This document shows, in pieces, positions 58,855 through 64,000 of a DNA stretch of 64,000 nt. The stretch comes from Trueperaceae bacterium (lineage in GTDB: Bacteria; Deinococcota; Deinococci; Deinococcales; Trueperaceae), in contig CBDCDZ010000004.1 of assembly GCA_965215565.1 (NCBI GenBank), positions 288,001 through 352,000 of the forward strand. Reading direction: 5' to 3'. The notes under the pieces were generated by a model, which did no database searches, was not told the DNA's origin, and was given only the letters and a program-made list of their open reading frames with translations. The translations under genes and the position numbers were made by a program. Each line of letters starts with the position of its first letter. Within the stretch, counting starts at the first letter, position 1.

Positions 58855-59595
58855 CTAAGCGTCGCCCTCTTTTTTAGCTTGTAGTGTCTTCAAAAAGGTT
58901 CTGTCAGCGTTGGTGAGGTTCGCGTGCTCGAGCAAATCCGGTCTCCGCGCCAGCGTGCGTTCTAATGCCCGTTCGCGCCGCCACCTCTCGACGTTCGCGT
59001 GGTGTCCACTCGTCAAGATTTCGGGGATGCCCATACCTTCATATTCAGCCGGACGGGTGTATTCGGGGTAGTCCAAGAGCCCTGTCGAGAACGAATCCTG
59101 CTCATAACTTTGCGCGTCGCCCAACACGCCCGGCACGAGCCGCGCCGTCGCTTCAATCAGCGCTAGCGCCGCGATTTCGCCGCCCATGAGCACGTAATCG
59201 CCGATGCTGACCTCTTTGATGACGAAAGACTCCACCCTCGCGTCAAACCCCTCATAGCGTCCTGAAAGTAAACAAAGGTGCTCTTTCGCCGCCAAATCCT
59301 CTGCCATCTTTTGCGTGAAGGGTTCGCCAGCAGGGGAGAGCAGAATCACCTCATCGGGCAGCGATTCCCTTTTGACCGCTTCAATCGCCCGCGCCGCAAC
59401 GTCCACCCGAATGACCATCCCCGCGCCGCCGCCATAAGGTGTGTCGTCCACGTTTCGGTGCTTATTCTCGGCGTAGTCGCGCAAATCGCGCACGTCGAAG
59501 CTGAGGTGTCCGTTTTTCACGGCGCGTCCTAAGAGGGCTTCTTCGGTCCAAGGACGCAAGAGGTTGGGGAAGAGGGTGAGGAGGGTGTATTTCAT
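58855..59595 (-). CDS. trmD: tRNA (guanine-N1)-methyltransferase
   Basis: [35 protein letters not shown]. Confidence 0.97.
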   Translation of the reverse strand: MKYTLLTLFPNLLRPWTEEALLGRAVKNGHLSFDVRDLRDYAENKHRNVDDTPYGGGAGMVIRVDVAARAIEAVKRESLPDEVILLSPAGEPFTQKMAEDLAAKEHLCLLSGRYEGFDARVESFVIKEVSIGDYVLMGGEIAALALIEATARLVPGVLGDAQSYEQDSFSTGLLDYPEYTRPAEYEGMGIPEILTSGHHANVERWRRERALERTLARRPDLLEHANLTNADRTFLKTLQAKKEGDA

Positions 59596-60105
59596 TTAGC
59601 TAGGTTCGAGCAACCCCTCCGGCGCATTTTCGATCACGATACCCTCGTCGCTAATTTCCACATAATCGGCTTGGAGCGGCACCAGATATTCTTCACCTTC
59701 GTGGAGAATTGCCAAGAGGTCTTGGAAGCCTGCGGAGATCACGTCGACGACTTCGCCGAAGGCTTCGCCGTCCACGTATACGGGAAGCTCGAGCAATAGT
59801 TCTAAATAGAACCCCTCTTCGGGCTCGGGTAGGTCTTCAGCCCTCGCGTAGACCTCTTCATTGACGAGGGGTTTGGCTTGTTCGATTTTGGTAATGCCCC
59901 CGAGATACACCACTGTTTGACCACCGACGCGCCGCACCTGCGTCAGTCTGCGCTCGCCCAAACTCGTGACGAAAACGCGCTCCAGCTTGAAGATCGCCTC
60001 CGCCTCCGCCTGACCCAAACCGTAAAAACGGAGACCCCCGGCGAGTTGGAAGGTCTTTCCCAACGTGCCGAGGAGCAGGGCGTTTTCGGGCGGTTCTACT
60101 GCCAC
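59596..60105 (-). CDS. rimM: 16S rRNA processing protein
   Basis: Position in rpsP-khpA-rimM-trmD; LPEPEEGFY, PRC-barrel-like C-terminus. Confidence 0.9.
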   Translation of the reverse strand: MAVEPPENALLLGTLGKTFQLAGGLRFYGLGQAEAEAIFKLERVFVTSLGERRLTQVRRVGGQTVVYLGGITKIEQAKPLVNEEVYARAEDLPEPEEGFYLELLLELPVYVDGEAFGEVVDVISAGFQDLLAILHEGEEYLVPLQADYVEISDEGIVIENAPEGLLEPS

Positions 60106-60112
60106 GTGCTAG

Positions 60113-60343
60113 TTAATCAATGAGGTGAACGTCGACGCGCTGCCGCCCGTCTGCAGCGGCGCGGGCGAGCGTGCGGATGCTGTTGATCAGGCGTCCGCCG
60201 CGCCCGATGATGCGCCCCGCGTCACCCTCCGCACAGTGAATCTCGATGTGGACGCCGCGCGCGTCGGCGCGCGACTCGACGCGGAGCTTGTCGGGCTCCT
60301 CCACGAGATTTTGTAAGGCGAAGGTAACAAGTTCTAGGGGCAT
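60113..60343 (-). CDS. khpA: KH-domain RNA-binding protein
   Basis: GRIIGRGGRLINSIRT. Confidence 0.9.
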   Translation of the reverse strand: MPLELVTFALQNLVEEPDKLRVESRADARGVHIEIHCAEGDAGRIIGRGGRLINSIRTLARAAADGRQRVDVHLID

Positions 60344-60351
60344 GGCTCGCT

Positions 60352-60654
60352 CTACGCGCTCGCTTGCGTTCTCGCTTCGTAGGCGCTCGAGCGCTTCGCT
60401 TGAACCTTGCCCACCGTGACGCCGGACTTCTCTAAGAGCCGAATGGCTGCGCCCGTGGGCTGCGCGCCCTGCGAGAGCCAGTGCTCCGCGCGTTCGACGT
60501 CGATTTTAAGAGGCGTTTCGCTCTTTTCGCGCGGGTCGTAGTAGCCGAGCGACTCGATGTAGTCGCCGCTACGCTTGGTGCGGGCGTCGGTGACGACGAC
60601 GCGGTAGTGGGGGTTCTTTTTTGCGCCAAGGCGCGTTAAACGGATTTTAACCAT
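60352..60654 (-). CDS. rpsP: 30S ribosomal protein S16
   Basis: [30 protein letters not shown]. Confidence 0.98.
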   Translation of the reverse strand: MVKIRLTRLGAKKNPHYRVVVTDARTKRSGDYIESLGYYDPREKSETPLKIDVERAEHWLSQGAQPTGAAIRLLEKSGVTVGKVQAKRSSAYEARTQASA

Positions 60655-60697
60655 GCTGTTTCCTCTTTCCTGAATGTTAGAGATACTCAGTTCTGCC

Positions 60698-60963
60698 GGA
60701 CGGTTCTCTTAATGTTTACTGATCTTGCACCACGCAGATTTCACGGTCTCATTGTAACGGAACCTCATCTTTTGATGTGCGTCCGAGGCGATACCTTCTA
60801 GGCTAGGTGTGTTGCTTCGCCTAGCGGGAGCGGGACCACGCAACTTAACTTCGTTCACTATGACCAGATGACATCCCGCTCTCAGGCAAAGCCGGTCCGC
60901 TAGGCTCTGCCTGAGAGCGGGATGGCTTACGGCTGAGCGCGAAGCCTACGAAGTAACCTGCTA
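60698..60963 (+). mobile_element. MITE-like element, copy H (most heavily nested), between ffh and rpsP
   Basis: cgcagatttc...tcatc, gatgtgcgt, tgaccagatga[insert]cctgcta; left end approximate. Confidence 0.75.
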
Positions 60964-60976
60964 TCAGTGTACACTA

Positions 60977-62284
60977 TCAGCGCCCTAGACTGCGTCCCAT
61001 CCCTCTACCGGGTTGACGCTTGCCCATCTTTTTCATCATCTTCTTCATCTGCTCGTAGTTCTTCATCAGGCGGTTGATGTCCTGGACGCTCGTCCCCGAG
61101 CCCGCCGCGATGCGTTTGCGGCGGCTCGCGTTCAACACCTTGGGTCTGCGCCGCTCTTTTTCCGTCATGGACGAGATAATGGCTTCGATGCGGGCGATTT
61201 CGCCCTCGTCGATGTCTGCGCCGCCCAACATCTTGCTCGCGCCGGGAATCATCTTGAGAATGTCGGTGAACGAGCCCATCTTCTTGATCTTTTGCATCTG
61301 GGTAAGCATGTCCTGCAGGGTGAAATCCTTGAGGCTCGTGACCTCGTCGTCGTCGCCCTCTAAGACTTTCGCCTTTTCGATGAGCGTCATCACGTCGCCC
61401 ATGCCGAGGATGCGGCCCGCCACGCGGTCGGGGTAGAAGGGCTCTAAGCCGTCTATTTTCTCGCTCATCCCCGCGAAGTAGATGGGCTTGCCCGTGACGT
61501 GCTTCGCGGAGAGCGCTGCGCCGCCCCGCGCGTCGCCGTCGAGTTTCGTCATGATGAGACCCGAGACGCCCACGCGCGCGTCGAAGGCGGTGGCGACGGG
61601 CAGCGTTTGCTGTCCGGTCATGGCGTCCACGACGAGCATCGCCTCGTTAGGCTCTAGCGCGTCTTTAAGCTCAGCAAGCGCGTCCATGAGGTTTTCGTCG
61701 ATCTGCAAACGCCCCGCCGTGTCCACGATGATGAGGTCGCGGTAGTTCGTCTTGAGGTAGGCTTGCAGGCGCTCTTTGGTGCGCCCCGGCGCTTCGTCGT
61801 CCTCGACTTCTAAAACGGGCACGCTGATCTGCTGACCCAACACGCGGAGTTGGTCACGCGCTGCCGGGCGCTGCGTGTCCGCCGCGATGAGAAGAGGTCT
61901 ACGTCCCTGCGCTTTGTATTTGTACGCGAGCTTGCCCGCTGTCGTCGTCTTACCAGCACCCTGCAAACCCATGAGCATCCACACGTTTTGCTCGCTCTGG
62001 AGGCTAGGCTGCGCCGCCTTGCCGCCTAAGATATCCACAAGCTCGTCGTGGACGATGGAGATTACGCGCTGCTCGGGTTGGAGTGACATCAAAACTTCGG
62101 AGCCGGTGGCTTTCTCTTGAACGCGCCTGGTGAACTCGCGAGCGACTTCCAAGTTGACGTCCGCCTCTAAGAGCGCCACGCGCACCTCGCGGAGCGCTGT
62201 TTTAACCTCCGCCTCGGTCAGTTTGCCGCGCCCGCGCAGCGAATCGAATACACCTTGTAGCCTGTCGCCTAAACTCTCAAACAT
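60977..62284 (-). CDS. ffh: Signal recognition particle protein
   Basis: [31 protein letters not shown]. Confidence 0.98.
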   Translation of the reverse strand: MFESLGDRLQGVFDSLRGRGKLTEAEVKTALREVRVALLEADVNLEVAREFTRRVQEKATGSEVLMSLQPEQRVISIVHDELVDILGGKAAQPSLQSEQNVWMLMGLQGAGKTTTAGKLAYKYKAQGRRPLLIAADTQRPAARDQLRVLGQQISVPVLEVEDDEAPGRTKERLQAYLKTNYRDLIIVDTAGRLQIDENLMDALAELKDALEPNEAMLVVDAMTGQQTLPVATAFDARVGVSGLIMTKLDGDARGGAALSAKHVTGKPIYFAGMSEKIDGLEPFYPDRVAGRILGMGDVMTLIEKAKVLEGDDDEVTSLKDFTLQDMLTQMQKIKKMGSFTDILKMIPGASKMLGGADIDEGEIARIEAIISSMTEKERRRPKVLNASRRKRIAAGSGTSVQDINRLMKNYEQMKKMMKKMGKRQPGRGMGRSLGR

Positions 62285-62414
62285 ATGGGTTCCTTACCGT
62301 CTAAAGAAAGACCGCTCCCTACCCTAGCGTACTCATGTAGGCGGGGTCAAGGCGTGGTGAGGCTCGAGATTGGCAAAGGTGCGCCTGACCCGCAGCATAC
62401 GGCTAGCCTAGTAA

Positions 62415-62594
62415 TAGCAGGTATCATCTAGTTTGAGTGTACGTAAGTTTTGCGAAGCAACGCTCACACCGTAAATAGCGCTGTTGCTAGGCAGCAAACT
62501 TGCGTAACTAGCGCGCACATTCCGAGATGAAATCCCGCTAGCCTTGACAGGCTGAGATCTGCGCTCATCCGTCTCAGTATGTTTGGAACTGCTA
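62415..62594 (-). mobile_element. MITE-like element, copy I (three inserts)
   Basis: TAGCAGGTATCATC...GGAACTGCTA-TA; 180 bp. Confidence 0.85.
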
Positions 62595-62598
62595 TAAG

Positions 62599-63090
62599 AT
62601 GCAGAGCGTGAGCGCCTACACCCTCCTCTACGCGCTGAGCGTCGTTCTCATCAATCCCTGGGGTGACGGGTGCGATCTGGACCGCCCCTAAAGTGTACGT
62701 CTTGACCGCGATCTTGCTCCTCAACGGCTTCTTTCTCAGCCGCTGTGAGCTGCTCGAGCTAGGGGCCGCTTGGCGGCGTTCCTGAGCGTCACGCTCATCC
62801 TGACGCTCGCGCTCGTCAGTTTAACGCGGCGGTGGCTGCGCCCGGAACTCGTGTGGGCTGTACTCGGCGCGGCGGGCTTCACTTTCTACGCCGCGCTGCT
62901 AGGCTACCTCCTGCTCGTCACCGCCCGGGGTCCCGCTGCGCCTTTAGAGGTGTTCACCGTCGTCTACCTCGGCTTCACCTTGACCTGGTACGACGCGGCG
63001 CAGTTTAGCCACCTCCCGGAGAGCGAACGGACCACCGATATCCCCACCGATACGTTTCCAGTCACCGGGCTCAACACCGGGTCCATCAGC
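62599..63090 (+). pseudogene. Frameshifted, internally deleted O-antigen-ligase-like membrane protein
   Basis: LINPWG then frameshift then IWTAPKVYVL, hydrophobic remnants, GFTLTWY. Confidence 0.5.
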
Positions 63091-63139
63091 GTCTTCACGG
63101 ACTCGAGTGACACCACGTCACGCAGCCTCTCAGCGTCCC

Positions 63140-63293
63140 CGCGCTTGGCATGGTCGCCCTCAACTCCCAAGAGGTCCCGCGCTAATTTCTGATGGTGGGT
63201 GCGGTCGTTGTCACGGTGCCCATCATAGTGCTCTTCTTCTGGTTCGAGAAGTATCTGGTTAGCAGGCTCACAGCGGGCGGGGTTAAGGAGTGA
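63140..63293 (+). pseudogene. C-terminal fragment of a MalG-type permease
   Basis: LNSQEVPR* then LMVGAVVVTVPIIVLFFWFEKYLVSRLTAGGVKE*. Confidence 0.65.
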
Positions 63294-63339
63294 AGCAACA
63301 CTCTTACTTATAAGAACATCGTTTCCTTTTGCTGCGCAA

Positions 63340-63505
63340 AAACTACGTAATCGGAAAACTGCGTCTGCTCGCTCACGCGGAGCAACTTTTAGAAATGTAG
63401 CGTGCACTTGATTGTGATGAAGTTCCGTTACAGTAAAGCTGTGAAATCTGCGGAGAAGTGTTGCTTCGCATAGTTGCACTCAAGCAATGAAACGTGGAAA
63501 TGCTA
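63340..63505 (-). mobile_element. Degenerate MITE-like element, copy J
   Basis: gatgaagttccgttacagtaaagctgtgaaatctgcg as in copy G; gtgttgcttcgcat module; GCTA end. Confidence 0.6.
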
Positions 63506-63604
63506 TTTCAAGCGCTTCGGTTGCATTCAGCTCGAGCAAAACAGCGCGGTCAAATGACTCAAAGCCGCGCTGTCTCGCTTAAACTATAGACCCTGTTCAG
63601 GCTA

Positions 63605-63805
63605 AAGCAGTTCACAGAAGTACTGAATTGGAAGAGCGCTTACGAAGTTTTGCCCCCGGCAAAAGCCTCAGTTCGAAGAACCATCCCGCTCTCAGGCAAA
63701 GCCTAGCGAGACGGCTTCGCCTGAGAGCGGGATTTCATTTAAGAATGTGCGTGCTCACCCAAGTTCTCTAAGGTGAGACTGGCTCAAACCAAATGATACT
63801 TGCTA
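63605..63805 (+). mobile_element. MITE-like element, copy K (copy-A subfamily with ~90 nt insert)
   Basis: Flanks almost identical to copy A. Confidence 0.88.
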
Positions 63806-63810
63806 TATTT

Positions 63811-63902
63811 ATACGAAATTGCAGGGTTTACTTACCCTCACTGGGGACGTTGGAGCTTACCACCACAGATGGGCTTGCAAACTAAGCCATGCAACCTCGT
63901 AT
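63811..63902. mobile_element. Second MITE-like family with imperfect 13-bp terminal inverted repeats
   Basis: ATACGAAATTGCA ... TGCAACCTCGTAT; right end repeated at 46965-46980. Confidence 0.5.
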
Positions 63903-64000
63903 TACGTCTTCAGCGTTGGATGTTGCTCACTCACCGTCCGTCAATCCGCACGGAGGGTACTCAATAACGTAGCTCGGCATACCCGGACTACCGCTATCAA

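Noticed and set aside
60698..60963. Structured region next to ffh as SRP RNA or an rpsP leader
   Set aside because: It decomposes into the MITE core plus modules seen elsewhere, and I could not find the SRP domain IV motif
62964..63479. 171-aa minus-strand ORF
   Set aside because: Antisense to pseudogene fragments and to MITE copy J

Overview
64 kb of bacterial chromosome, roughly 58% GC by eye. Gene content, gene order and frequent leaderless starts suggest Deinococcota (Truepera-like); this is an inference. Housekeeping blocks are cinA-recA-rny, pyrR-pyrB-pyrC with a PyrR attenuator, uvsE, argF-argC-argJ, pilD, skp and ffh-rpsP-khpA-rimM-trmD. They surround a ~28 kb amino-sugar/cell-wall salvage region (nagZ, family-5 ABC transporter, anmK, nagB, murQ, GntR, BadF-type kinase, nanE, nagA, sugar ABC transporter, DUF4127-like protein, GH38, FAD oxidoreductase, OGA-type GNAT). 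The most unusual signals lie outside the gene list. (1) About 11 copies of a 111-bp TAGC...GCTA MITE-like element, plus heptamer-arm palindromes, carry nested 21-27 nt hairpin modules that recur in different hosts and inside each other. (2) CTCGAG is strongly over-represented (about 100 by hand count) and brackets small accessory cassettes, resembling HIP1. (3) An orphan secreted protein appears to fuse a VirB9/TraN-like module to three CBM4_9-like repeats. (4) A stand-alone HsdR_N-type nuclease has a putative reader domain and no methyltransferase nearby. No rRNA, tRNA, CRISPR array or intact transposase was seen. All assignments come from motif recognition by eye; no searches were run.
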